IMG/VR virus record: IMGVR_UViG_3300013121_000046
Strand: one strand, 5' to 3'
DNA length: 64,000 bases
Source of the DNA: a virus
Taxonomy: Duplodnaviria > Caudoviricetes
Shown: one piece after another, positions 27,425-36,871 of the stretch
Layout of the letters: each line of letters starts with the position of its first letter
Position numbering within the stretch: the stretch's first letter is position 1
Program-made: the position numbers and the translations under genes
The notes under the pieces: model-generated
What the model was told of the DNA's origin: nothing
The model's database searches: none
Seen by the model: the letters and a program-made list of their open reading frames with translations, nothing else

Positions 27425-27784
27425 TTAGGGTTTTGATCGAATAAACTCTTCTACTTCAGCGAGATTCTTTACAGCCTCTTCCCGGGCAGCCTTTAGCGTC
27501 TCCAATTTCACAGCCACAGCTTCCAGCACCGTCCCGAGGGACATTTCTGGGGTGGCTCCTACCGCCTCCCGAATCCGATCCATTGCGGACTTACTTCGGG
27601 AAATCTTCCTGTCGGAATCTTCTGAAAAAAAGAAGTCTATCTCCTGTTGCGCCTCAACCCGAGTCAGGGGTAACTCCCTCACCAAACAGTTTACCGCCTC
27701 ATCCAAATCCCAACGGGGATGTTGCTCCAGGTGGAATTCCTCTTCTAGTGACTCAGCAAGCTTGAAGGCAAGCTTTTTAGCCAC
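27425..27784 (-). CDS. hypothetical protein
   Basis: 119-aa ORF. Confidence 0.6.
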   Translation of the reverse strand: MAKKLAFKLAESLEEEFHLEQHPRWDLDEAVNCLVRELPLTRVEAQQEIDFFFSEDSDRKISRSKSAMDRIREAVGATPEMSLGTVLEAVAVKLETLKAAREEAVKNLAEVEEFIRSKP

Positions 27785-27828
27785 TCACAAATATTCCGAG
27801 GATTTGTCAAATTCTTCCCCTGAATTAC

Positions 27829-28104
27829 TCATCCAAAAATCACCTTTTCAATCGGACCTTTTTTCTGCAATTCTCGCACATGACACAAGCGACATGGGAG
27901 ATACACCTTCCCCCCACAAGTAGGACATTTTACCGGAACAGCCGATACCGTTGCTCTTGGACCAATTGAACCCGATCCGCCCACAATCTGACGAATTACC
28001 TCCCTCCGTAACTTAAAATCCCGAGACAATTTACGAATGGAGTGTCCATCCATATGAAGATTTAGAATATCTATGTCTCGCTGCTTCCGGACTCGTTCCA
28101 TCAC
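27829..28104 (-). CDS. HTH + zinc-finger protein
   Basis: GHSIRKLSRDFKLRREVIRQI HTH plus CPTCGGKVYLPCRLC. Confidence 0.7.
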   Translation of the reverse strand: MMERVRKQRDIDILNLHMDGHSIRKLSRDFKLRREVIRQIVGGSGSIGPRATVSAVPVKCPTCGGKVYLPCRLCHVRELQKKGPIEKVIFG

Positions 28105-28115
28105 ACTTCTCCAAG

Positions 28116-28189
28116 TAGGCCTGGTAGGACTCGAACCTACGACCTGGATCTTATAAGGCTCCTGCTCTAACCACCTGAGCTACAGGCCC
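28116..28189 (-). tRNA. tRNA-Ile (UAU)
   Basis: GGGCCTGTAGCTCAGGTGGTTAGAGCA-GGAGC-CTTATAA-GATCC-...GGTTCGAGTCC...CAGGCCTA; one G.A mismatch in the anticodon stem. Confidence 0.87.
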
Positions 28190-28219
28190 AATATCTCTTT
28201 GAAAACTACATCCCCATAG

Positions 28220-28293
<74 letters not shown>

Positions 28294-28320
28294 AAAAATT
28301 CTCTACCCTCTTCTAGACCC

Positions 28321-28560
28321 CTATTTATCCAGAACTTCCACGGCGGCAGTAACTTCTACCTGCGAGGGAATATCCGCATCCAAGATTTCAACGGCGGCAA
28401 AGGCCCGTTGAATACCAAGGTTAACTAGACCGGATAGGGCAGCTTCCCGCTCTTCGGGGATAAGATTCAGAATCTCCGTCACCGCATCCAGAGTCAACTC
28501 TTTGCTAATCCCATACTCCACCAACAAAGAAGCCATCAGGGACAATTTCTTTTTGTCCAT
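28321..28560 (-). CDS. hypothetical protein
   Basis: 79-aa ORF. Confidence 0.6.
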   Translation of the reverse strand: MDKKKLSLMASLLVEYGISKELTLDAVTEILNLIPEEREAALSGLVNLGIQRAFAAVEILDADIPSQVEVTAAVEVLDK

Positions 28561-28608
28561 AACTCAAGTCCCCTAAATTATCCAAAAGAAGAAACCAAGC
28601 TTAACCGA

Positions 28609-28911
28609 CTACGCCACCCCGACAAACTCCTTGGCTGAATTGATCCCCGCAAGACGCATCGAAGCCAGAAAAGTCCCTACCGCAACCTGATCCATGCCAC
28701 AATCCAAAGCCTCACTCGCATCCCTCAGACCCTCCTCGATAGCAACCTTAACTTGTCTGCGAAGTATCAAAACCAACCCTTCAATTTCCGAATCTGACAG
28801 GTTATTAGGCTTATACCCATTGCTGTGCAGCCACTTTATTGAAGAGTCCATAGCAACCGTAGCGGCATGGATCGCAAGCTGCTCCATCTTCCCCTGATTC
28901 ACTGCGTCCAT
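28609..28911 (-). CDS. hypothetical protein
   Basis: 100-aa ORF with GGAGG SD downstream of the promoter-like motif. Confidence 0.65.
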   Translation of the reverse strand: MDAVNQGKMEQLAIHAATVAMDSSIKWLHSNGYKPNNLSDSEIEGLVLILRRQVKVAIEEGLRDASEALDCGMDQVAVGTFLASMRLAGINSAKEFVGVA

Positions 28912-28966
28912 AACCCAAAGTCCTCCAAAATTCCCAAATTCAAGTAGGAAAGCGAAACCCTACTGA

Positions 28967-28980
28967 TATATACCCAAAAA
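28967..28980 (-). promoter_or_regulatory. recurrent phage promoter-like motif TTTT(T/A/G)(G/A)GGTATA(T/C)
   Basis: Near-identical intergenic copies at about 17434, 25809, 27069, 28967, 32990, 34554, 50257, 58052 and 58322, each upstream of minus-strand genes or tRNAs. Confidence 0.65.
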
Positions 28981-28985
28981 TTATT

Positions 28986-29357
28986 CTAGTTTAGCGAGAA
29001 TCTCGGAGAAAAGTTAGTACTCATATCCGAAGGGTCCAAAGGGGAGGGATCGGAATCATCCCCCCCATCGTCATCATCCTCGTCGTCATCATCTGAAAAA
29101 AAGCACTCCTGAACAATCTCCCCCAAACGGAGTATTTCAGCTTCGACTTGAGTTAACCTGCGAATATGCAGACGATGCCACTGACCTAACTCTTCAAGGT
29201 AAGACTCAGCCAACATCCGCAAATTCCAAATAATCCTAGTAAGAACAAGGGAGAATAGAAGGCAAAAAGCAAAACCCAAGCAACCAAAAGCGAACAACCA
29301 AGCCCACCAAGGAATTAGGGTAAGCATGTTAGCACCTGAGAAGAAAAAGGAATTCAA
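28986..29357 (-). CDS. single-pass membrane protein with acidic tail
   Basis: Hydrophobic N-terminus and poly-Asp stretch. Confidence 0.6.
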   Translation of the reverse strand: MNSFFFSGANMLTLIPWWAWLFAFGCLGFAFCLLFSLVLTRIIWNLRMLAESYLEELGQWHRLHIRRLTQVEAEILRLGEIVQECFFSDDDDEDDDDGGDDSDPSPLDPSDMSTNFSPRFSLN

Positions 29358-29436
29358 TCAACCCCTCTTCCCCTGTAAATCGGGTCGCAAAAAACACTAA
29401 AGACCAGTAACCCACCAAATTGGGGACTATCCTAAG

Positions 29437-29510
29437 TAGGCCCGGCTGGACTCGAACCAGCAACCTGCGGATTAGAAGTCCGCTGCTCTATCCAATTGAG
29501 CTACGAGCCC
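29437..29510 (-). tRNA. tRNA-Arg (UCU)
   Basis: GGGCTCGTAGCTCAATTGGATAGAGCA-GCGGA-CTTCTAA-TCCGC, GGTTCGAGTCC. Confidence 0.92.
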
Positions 29511-29527
29511 AAATCAAAACAACAACC

Positions 29528-30133
29528 TCAACCCCAGTATCCATACCAAGCCTTAGGCGCATCACTCAGCATCCGAGAATACTTTCTTTTTAATTTCACC
29601 ACTTCCGGATCAGAAGACCTTAGAGGGTAGTTCCAAATATCCATCCAAATACTGTCGTAGGTTTCCCCTTTCGCCCGTCGCCAGGTCAATACATCCGCCT
29701 GTTGAATGGTAACCCTGGAATCTTCGATATAAGGCCCTACCAAGTTAATTACGTCTGGATTCTTTTCCAAAATAAGAATACTTTTTGGAGGTTCCTCTTT
29801 AGCTAACAACCCCTTAACCAACATCCCCAAACCCAAACCCCCAATCAAGACTTTTCCCTTCAATCTTCGCAAAGCGTAGCGATTAGTCTCCCGCTCATTC
29901 CGAGTATCTGACATAACAATCTCACCATCCACCAATAACTTTGCATATTGGCCGGCATCCACTCGTTCCGATGGCCTATGGTTTATCATAGCTCGAAGAT
30001 CCCCAAGCTTAGCTTGATCCTCGGTCACTACAAAATGCTGAATCTCAGCACTATTCCGCTTCCCCTCGGGAAGCACCTCCACCATTCGAGGAAATCCCAA
30101 CAAATCAGTGGGGGCCAATTCTATCGACGACAT
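29528..30133 (-). CDS. spermidine-synthase-like SAM-dependent methyltransferase
   Basis: VLIGGLGLGM, ILEKNPDVI, YDSIWMDIW. Confidence 0.8.
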   Translation of the reverse strand: MSSIELAPTDLLGFPRMVEVLPEGKRNSAEIQHFVVTEDQAKLGDLRAMINHRPSERVDAGQYAKLLVDGEIVMSDTRNERETNRYALRRLKGKVLIGGLGLGMLVKGLLAKEEPPKSILILEKNPDVINLVGPYIEDSRVTIQQADVLTWRRAKGETYDSIWMDIWNYPLRSSDPEVVKLKRKYSRMLSDAPKAWYGYWG

Positions 30134-30148
30134 TATTTATACCTCCAA

Positions 30149-30545
30149 CACCCTAGTCACTAACATTCTCTACATTAGTTAGCTTAGCCAGCAGGCGACT
30201 AAACCTTCCCCATCTCTCGTTCTCAACAAATGGTTTCAACCATCTGACTCCCATCAAGGAATGCGACTGCAAGACTCTCACCGTTCGTTGGCTCAGGACA
30301 GATTGCGTTCACTCCTGACCTACGAAAGGAGTCAGCCACATTCCTTCCCAGAGCCCAATAAACAGTGTTGATGACTTTGACCCACACCTCCCCTTGATAG
30401 GAAAAAATATCTCCTGCCTTCACGTCTCGAAAGTAGCACGGCGTCATTTTTTATACCTCCAAACATCATTGCCCAATACCAACTCTCACCCTAATCACTA
30501 ACATTCTCTACATTAGTTAGCTTAGCCAGCAGGCGACTAAACCTT
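30149..30545. repeat. 59-bp direct repeat pair (30149..30207 and 30487..30545)
   Basis: CACCCTA(G/A)TCACTAACATTCTCTACATTAGTTAGCTTAGCCAGCAGGCGACTAAACCTT, one mismatch. Confidence 0.9.
30223..30447 (-). CDS. hypothetical protein between direct repeats
   Basis: 74-aa ORF with GGAGG SD. Confidence 0.6.
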   Translation of the reverse strand: MTPCYFRDVKAGDIFSYQGEVWVKVINTVYWALGRNVADSFRRSGVNAICPEPTNGESLAVAFLDGSQMVETIC

Positions 30546-30820
30546 TCTACTGACGACTTAGACAGATGGCAGGCATTCAAACAGACACCATTAAAAAGAT
30601 TTGCCCCGCATTTTGGGCAACAATCTTTCTCAAAGCCAATTCGCTCCATAAGCTCTGCCTCTCTTCCACACTTTGGACAGGATAAAATACTTTCCTCTTC
30701 TGATATCTCTCCTCCACAACCCCAACACTTGAACGTATGTGGCATACTACATTCCTTAGATTTAGGATACCAACCGCAACTGACCGGGCGCTTCGACGAC
30801 CGAAAAATTGCTCCTAACAC
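30491..30820 (-). CDS. double zinc-ribbon protein (likely start MPHTFKC)
   Basis: CWGCG, CPKCG, CPKCG motifs. Confidence 0.6.
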   Translation of the reverse strand: MLGAIFRSSKRPVSCGWYPKSKECSMPHTFKCWGCGGEISEEESILSCPKCGREAELMERIGFEKDCCPKCGANLFNGVCLNACHLSKSSVERFSRLLAKLTNVENVSD

Positions 30821-30829
30821 CTTTATTTA

Positions 30830-32395
30830 CTAGCCAGCCAGTGCGTCGGCCGCGTGAGCCAGTCTGATAAGGCATTTTTCACGACCCAAAATCGCCAGGC
30901 AGTCCCACAAACCGGCCCCCACCCCGCGTCCCGTGGTGGCAACTCGCACCGGATGAACCAGGTCGCCCAGTCTGAAGCCTTGCGCCTCACAAAAGGCGTG
31001 CGCCGCAGCCTCAAGCTGGGCGGACTCAAAAGGATCAACCGCCGACAATCGCTCGGCAAAACTGCGGAGCAATTCGCCCGTGCCGGGGGGCTTCAACCGT
31101 TTCTCCACCGCGCTCGGGTCATACGCGAGGGGCTCGACCAAAAACGGCTCGGCATAGGCCAGAATGTCGCCCGCCACCTTGAGCCGGTCGCCCGCCGCCT
31201 CGATCACGCGGGCGAGCGTCGTCAGCGCCGCAGTCCTCGCGGCGGGTTCGGCCGGCAGCCAACCGGCTCGTTCGACATAGGGCTGCATCCGGGCGAGCTT
31301 CTCGTCGCTCGAAAGCCGCCGCATATATTCTTCCTGGAACGACCAGAGCTTCTTGGGATCGAAGCTGGCCGGCGACTGGTTCACACGTTCCAACGAAAAA
31401 TGTGCGATCATTTCCTGGCGCGAGAGATACTCCGTCTTGTCGTCGAGCGACCAGCCCAAGAGCATCAGGTAGTTGATAATCGCGTCGGGCAAATAGCCCA
31501 CCTGCTCGTAGAAATCGACGATCACGGGGTTAAACGTGTCAGCCGTGGTTTCGAGCCCCAGCAGCTTGGCAATCGCCAGCCCGTGCTCGTTCACCTGGGC
31601 AAAGTCGCGGTTCTTCAGATACTTGTCGAGCTTGCGCTTGCTGAGCTTGTTCTTCGAGCCCGGCTCGGCCACATAGGGCAAGTGGGCATACACGGGAAGC
31701 GGGTAACCGAGCCCCTGGGCGATGAACACCTGCCGGGGCGTGTTCGACAGGTGCTCTTCGGCCCGGATCACATGGGTGATCTTGAAATCGTAGTCATCGA
31801 CCACGCTGGCCAAGTGGTAAAGGCAGGTGCCGTCGGCCCGTTGAATCACATGGTCTTGCTCGCGGGCCCACTCAAACTCCACGCGCCCGCGAACCTGGTC
31901 GTCGAGCACCAGGCTTCCCTCGCGGGGAATCTTGAGTCGCACCACGCCGGCCCGACCTTGGGCCTCGAACCGGCGGCAGGCGTCCGAGGTTTCGGCCATC
32001 CACCGTCGGCTGTAGAGGAAGGGACGCTTCTCGGCCTGGGCTGCCTCGCGCTCGGCCTGGATCTCTTCGGGCGTGGCGTAGTCTCGATAGGCCTGCCCCG
32101 CTTCCAGCAGCCGGGTAACCGCAGCTTGGTAGCGGTCGAGCCGTTGCGATTGAAAGTACGGGGCATAAGGTCCACCCACCTCGGGTCCCTCGTCCCAATC
32201 GAGACCCAGCCAGCGAAAGCCGTGCAGGATGGGGGCCAGGGCCGCCTCGACGTTGCGCACCTGGTCGGTATCGTCGATCCGCAGCAAGAACTGCCCGCCC
32301 TGACGCCGGGCATAAAGCCAGTTGAAGAGCGCGGTGCGGACCCCGCCGATGTGCAGATAACCGGTCGGGCTGGGGGCGAAACGGGTGCGAACCAC
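30830..32395 (-). CDS. gltX: glutamyl-tRNA synthetase (host-like, GC-rich)
   Basis: VRTRFAPSPTGYLHIGG, RIDDTD, ITHVIRAEEHLSNT, KLSKR, C-terminal anticodon-binding domain; GC-rich codon usage unlike the flanks. Confidence 0.96.
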   Translation of the reverse strand: MVRTRFAPSPTGYLHIGGVRTALFNWLYARRQGGQFLLRIDDTDQVRNVEAALAPILHGFRWLGLDWDEGPEVGGPYAPYFQSQRLDRYQAAVTRLLEAGQAYRDYATPEEIQAEREAAQAEKRPFLYSRRWMAETSDACRRFEAQGRAGVVRLKIPREGSLVLDDQVRGRVEFEWAREQDHVIQRADGTCLYHLASVVDDYDFKITHVIRAEEHLSNTPRQVFIAQGLGYPLPVYAHLPYVAEPGSKNKLSKRKLDKYLKNRDFAQVNEHGLAIAKLLGLETTADTFNPVIVDFYEQVGYLPDAIINYLMLLGWSLDDKTEYLSRQEMIAHFSLERVNQSPASFDPKKLWSFQEEYMRRLSSDEKLARMQPYVERAGWLPAEPAARTAALTTLARVIEAAGDRLKVAGDILAYAEPFLVEPLAYDPSAVEKRLKPPGTGELLRSFAERLSAVDPFESAQLEAAAHAFCEAQGFRLGDLVHPVRVATTGRGVGAGLWDCLAILGREKCLIRLAHAADALAG

Positions 32396-32592
32396 AAGAA
32401 TTCCTTATCATCCCTGATTTTCAGGTTTACGTTCTTTCTTCCAAACTCGAATCTTTCTCTCGTCCTTAAGTTCATAACATTCAAAATAGTTATGAACCCT
32501 CCAGTGCTTTTTCCCAAGGTGATCCTGACGAATCCCACGGCTGCAATTCCGTCGCCCACAAGCACAGGCCTCACTCTCAGGAATCGGCATAG

Positions 32593-32931
32593 CTAATCCC
32601 CTCCTAGAACCAACTGGAGCAAGACTTCATTCAGATTTTCCACCAAAACTTGATCCCGCCTAGCAAGGAACCTTATGTCCGGAAAATCGTTTCTGAAAGC
32701 AAAATCCGTCAAATCCATGTAGATTAGCGAATACGTATCATCTGGGCTCAGCCGCACCTGAAAGCGATAGTGTTTCCTAGGACGATCTGGGTGGGTAAGC
32801 CGAAAAGAAAGAGAGTCATCAGAAAAAACAAAATCTCGTGCCTTCAGAACTTGTAAACTCTGAAGGCACTGCTCCCAAATCGTGCGAGAGACCTGAGGGA
32901 GATCATCCGGAACTCTGACGTTAGCCGCCAT
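32593..32931 (-). CDS. conserved phage hypothetical protein
   Basis: FQVRLSPDDTYSL...VENLNEVL pattern; downstream of promoter motif at 32990. Confidence 0.6.
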   Translation of the reverse strand: MAANVRVPDDLPQVSRTIWEQCLQSLQVLKARDFVFSDDSLSFRLTHPDRPRKHYRFQVRLSPDDTYSLIYMDLTDFAFRNDFPDIRFLARRDQVLVENLNEVLLQLVLGGD

Positions 32932-33312
32932 TTACCCTAACTCCCCAAGCCTCTTGCAGGTTATGTCATACAATCACACACGACACTATTATATACCCAA
33001 AAATATTCTAATCTGGGGAAATAAATACCAAAAAAAGCCGAATGCTACTACCCCCATAGGGGGGGCTTTAGACTCACCCAGCTAGATATTGTGCAGGAAA
33101 GAGAGTCTAGGCAAAAAAGCTGGGATGGAGTAAATTAGACGAAAAAATCATTTCAGGGTCGCCACAACTGCTTTCCATGCCAGGCCCTCCGAAGTTCCTC
33201 CTAACTCACCACTAATCTGAGTAACGGTCACACCACTTCTATAGAAAAACCCTTCCGTCGCGTGCGGCAGGGCTCGTCGGTCTCTTTATGGACTGCTGTG
33301 TCGAACGATTAT

Positions 33313-33519
33313 CTATCTGTGTTTACGACGAGGGGTGACCGAGCGGCGAACAACGGCCGGTACTCGCTGGAGTGGCTGCTTTAGGCTGTATTGCCGTGGC
33401 CGTACGCCAATATCCGCTAACGCCTCTGCATCCTCAAGTGATCGCTCGAATGCCTTACGGTCAATCAGTGGGTTGTTTTCGAGCATCTTCTGTATTGATG
33501 TGGAACTCATATCTACCAC
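33313..33519 (-). CDS. small hypothetical protein in a GC-richer patch
   Basis: 68-aa ORF. Confidence 0.45.
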   Translation of the reverse strand: MVDMSSTSIQKMLENNPLIDRKAFERSLEDAEALADIGVRPRQYSLKQPLQRVPAVVRRSVTPRRKHR

Positions 33520-33935
33520 CTATCCAAGGTAAAAAAAACCTGCTGAAGGTGTGTCCTAGTGTTACGCCACGACTTATCAATACGTTATCGGCCGCCAACC
33601 TTCCTGCCGGCAGCCTCGAAATCCGGCGATTCAAAATGAACCACTACTCTCTTTCCGCAATTCTCTTGTATATCTGATACTCTAATTCCCACTGTTTTTG
33701 GCTACTTCTTGTTGGATACTCATAGCCTTATAGACTCCCCACTACCTCGTAAAGCCGAGTTAACTCGCGTGATAAAAATTCTATACGGAGCCCCTACATA
33801 CATACAAAGTTGCAGTCGCCAGACTCGAATGTCCAAAGCCCAATCTCGCCAAGTTAAATACACCAAATCCCTATGCAACCAAGAAGTCTTTTGCAGCTTG
33901 GGGATAAAATTAACCATGACTAACATCTTATCCCT

Positions 33936-34508
33936 TTACTCTAACCCCTCGGACACCCCTAAAGACTCAGCAGGCTCTTTCTTCTTCCTCGGCCGATCAT
34001 CCCAGGTCAATAATCCTAGCGGGCCCTGCCCTTTGAGTATCTCCGTACTCTCAGCCAGAGAGGTTGACAAGAAGGTACCGGACAACTGGGGCAACTGAGG
34101 AAGTGCTTCCGAAGAGAATATCTCAAACAATTCACAAACTGGGACAAGCCGAAGATATCCTTCCTGCTTGAACACTAGGAAGTACAAAAATTTGTACTTA
34201 CCTCGCTTTGTGCGATCTCTAAAATGCTTAACTCTAACTAAATCTCCCGGAAATATAGGATACCCCTTACAATCAGTAACAAGGGGTTGTACATTATCTG
34301 ATATTTTGTACTTGTCCTCTTTGGTTAAATACTCCACCCTACCACTGAATAGTAATTCCCAGAGGGCCGGATGCACATGCCTTTTAGAAATTCTCTCAGC
34401 AGCTAATCCAGCTTCAATCTGGCGTAGGCAGACCGGCTTTTGTGCCCACCAGACTAAACGATCAACTGCCGCTACAGCTTGCCTGAAAGGGCTGATTTTG
34501 GTTGGCAT
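33936..34508 (-). CDS. hypothetical protein
   Basis: 190-aa ORF; DCKGYPIFPGDLVRV YopX-like motif. Confidence 0.6.
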   Translation of the reverse strand: MPTKISPFRQAVAAVDRLVWWAQKPVCLRQIEAGLAAERISKRHVHPALWELLFSGRVEYLTKEDKYKISDNVQPLVTDCKGYPIFPGDLVRVKHFRDRTKRGKYKFLYFLVFKQEGYLRLVPVCELFEIFSSEALPQLPQLSGTFLSTSLAESTEILKGQGPLGLLTWDDRPRKKKEPAESLGVSEGLE

Positions 34509-34565
34509 ACACTAAAGTTTGTTGAGGGCAAAAACCCTAAAGCCCTAGGGTAATATACTCAAAAA

Positions 34566-34877
34566 CTACCCGAGTCTCCGTGCATCCTCGGGAGTTATCC
34601 CGGAATCCTTCAAAATCCTAAAAAGAGTTCCCGGGGGTATTTGCTTCCCATGCCCAGGAATGGCTACCGTACGAGACGGCACAGTCTCATTCCTCATTAC
34701 AACATGACCACCCGTCGTCCGGACTTCTTGAAAACCTACTTTCTCTAGAATTCTTTTCAATTCCCGAGGACTTAACACCGGTAGTCTACTACCAGACAGT
34801 ACATCCTCCGCCGTAATATCCTCGGAGGCCCTCAAAATCTCAGCCACTCTGTAAGCAATGATTAAGCGTCTTTGCAT
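34566..34877 (-). CDS. hicA: HicA/YcfA-family mRNA interferase domain with N-terminal extension
   Basis: LSPRELKRILEKVGF..RTTGGHVVMR...VAIPGHGKQIPPGTLFRILKDSGI; no hicB nearby. Confidence 0.8.
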   Translation of the reverse strand: MQRRLIIAYRVAEILRASEDITAEDVLSGSRLPVLSPRELKRILEKVGFQEVRTTGGHVVMRNETVPSRTVAIPGHGKQIPPGTLFRILKDSGITPEDARRLG

Positions 34878-34931
34878 TTCAACACCCTCAAATTAACTAT
34901 ACCAATAGCGGTACTCTCTACCCTAAAATAC

Positions 34932-35537
34932 CTAGTTATCTACTTTGTACATAGCTCTCCTTAGTTCATCTGTATAAAAATCACTAATTTTTTTAGAACA
35001 AATTACCCACCCAATCTTCGTCATCACTTCTCTGCCTCGATAATTCCCGGGAGAAAGGAGTACCTCTTTTCTCTCTCCCAAGAAGCCAATAGAATCACCT
35101 GATTGCCAGTCTAAACCTTCTACCCGAATCTCTAGTACAAAATTTTCTTCCGGAGACTCTATCTTATACACCCTATTCCGAATATTTGCTACCCTAAGCC
35201 TACAGATGCCGGGACCAGATATATCAAACAAAAAATCCCCATAGAGATTCCCTATACGGGCATCGGATACCACCCATTCCTTTATATCCTGAATTCTCCA
35301 AACTCCATTAATAACCTTCCTAATATCTAGAGAAGACTCGGATTCCATATTTAATCTGAGTAATTGATTAAACATCTGCCTGGAGACTGGTATAGCATTA
35401 TTAAAATGCTCCATCTGACCCACTCTGTTTATATAACATAATCCTAAACTGGGTGATGAGAATAACTTCTCGTCACCCTCCCCCCTAAAAATAATATCAT
35501 CAGATAAGACTAGCACTAAAAATCTCCTTATGAGCAA
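34932..35537 (-). CDS. array A paralog
   Basis: GEGDEKL, IPVS, IQDIKEW, LYGDFLF. Confidence 0.75.
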   Translation of the reverse strand: MLIRRFLVLVLSDDIIFRGEGDEKLFSSPSLGLCYINRVGQMEHFNNAIPVSRQMFNQLLRLNMESESSLDIRKVINGVWRIQDIKEWVVSDARIGNLYGDFLFDISGPGICRLRVANIRNRVYKIESPEENFVLEIRVEGLDWQSGDSIGFLGERKEVLLSPGNYRGREVMTKIGWVICSKKISDFYTDELRRAMYKVDN

Positions 35538-35555
35538 TCAGAGTACACTATGGAC

Positions 35556-36195
35556 TCACTCTCTACCCAGTTCATGGTTAATTAAAGATAGGATATTGAC
35601 TTTATCCACAATTATAGGTATCCGACGCAAGTCTGATTCCACCCTCAATCCCCTTAAAGTATTAGGAGACTGTATTATAATCGGAGCCCTATGAGTACCT
35701 CCGGACCAACCGATAACAAAACTGAAGGGGTCATCACTATAATATATTTCCGAACAAGAAACCTCAATCGCCAAAGAATCAATGATACCAGAGTCTAACA
35801 AAATAGTGACAACACGGTAATCCATACATTGCAAAGCAACATCTACTGAACCCGCACCGAGGAGCGAAAACATAAAATCACCCGAAAATTGAACCTTCTC
35901 AGCACCTAATCTATCCCTTACCACTTCCCTATTAGTAACATTCCAAGATAGAATGTTCTTCAGATAGAATGTCCTTCAGATAGAGACGCTCACTCGTGAA
36001 ACTAAAATCTCCGGGAATACTCCGCAATCTCCCCAAAAAGTCGGTTGAAACTTTTATAATATTCCCTGTAGGTATCATTCTTATATCCTGTATGGAGCCT
36101 TGCTCGTCCTGATAAACTGGCTCGCCTCGGATATTGAAGCTTATCTGCTCCTTACCTCTCCCTCGAATAACATCACCAATCTTTATGGTAATCAT
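35556..36195 (-). pseudogene. array A paralog frameshifted by a 16-bp tandem duplication
   Basis: Removing one copy of GAAG(G/A)ACATTCTATCT (35946..35977) fuses the two track ORFs to read LKDILSWNVTNREVV. Confidence 0.85.
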
Positions 36196-36211
36196 AGTAA
36201 TACCTGTACTA

Positions 36212-36853
36212 CTAAGTGGAATCTCGATCTACTTCATACTTAAATAAGTTCAACATACTCACTTTAGGTAAAGATACCCCCATACTAACAAAATAGTTTC
36301 TAACCTCCAGCCCGTATAGATCTCTAGGGGCAGTAAGCTGTATACACATCAGATCCCTGGAATTAGAATTACCTATTGACATTTCTCTTTTAGAGGCCGC
36401 AGACCAATAAATGTATCCACAAGACACCTCTCCACTCACATAGTCGTTATTATTGGTACCAATAGAAAAAGTAGATACCGGAGCAGTGCCATAGTATCCT
36501 ACAGTAGTAAGTATCATCCCCTTAGTACCAACCACAAACGTAAAATCACCATATAAATAGTAGTTCTTACTCCCGGGAGAAGAGGTGGGGGATTGCTCTA
36601 CTCGCGTAACATTCCAAGACAAAATATCTTGAGCCAGCCACCGCTCATCTGGTCGTACATAAAAGTTAACCCCAGGAAAGTTCCTTAAATTCGACAGTAA
36701 CTTAGCAGATACTATATTAGGGGTTATAGTACTGTCCAACAATTTAATTTCTACCCCACTCTCATCATAGTATCTAATATTACCGGAATCATCCAAAATT
36801 AGTCTCTCTTTACCATGCCCTGAAACAATATCCCCGATTCTTAATTGAATCAT
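36212..36853 (-). CDS. array A paralog
   Basis: GHGKERL, QDILSWNV, LYGDFTF. Confidence 0.8.
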   Translation of the reverse strand: MIQLRIGDIVSGHGKERLILDDSGNIRYYDESGVEIKLLDSTITPNIVSAKLLSNLRNFPGVNFYVRPDERWLAQDILSWNVTRVEQSPTSSPGSKNYYLYGDFTFVVGTKGMILTTVGYYGTAPVSTFSIGTNNNDYVSGEVSCGYIYWSAASKREMSIGNSNSRDLMCIQLTAPRDLYGLEVRNYFVSMGVSLPKVSMLNLFKYEVDRDST

Positions 36854-36871
36854 ATAAAAATCCGCCTTTCT

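Noticed and set aside
30854-32596. 580-aa plus-strand ORF (and 31846..32574, 31872..32411)
   Set aside because: Shadow frames of GC-rich gltX; no recognisable motifs
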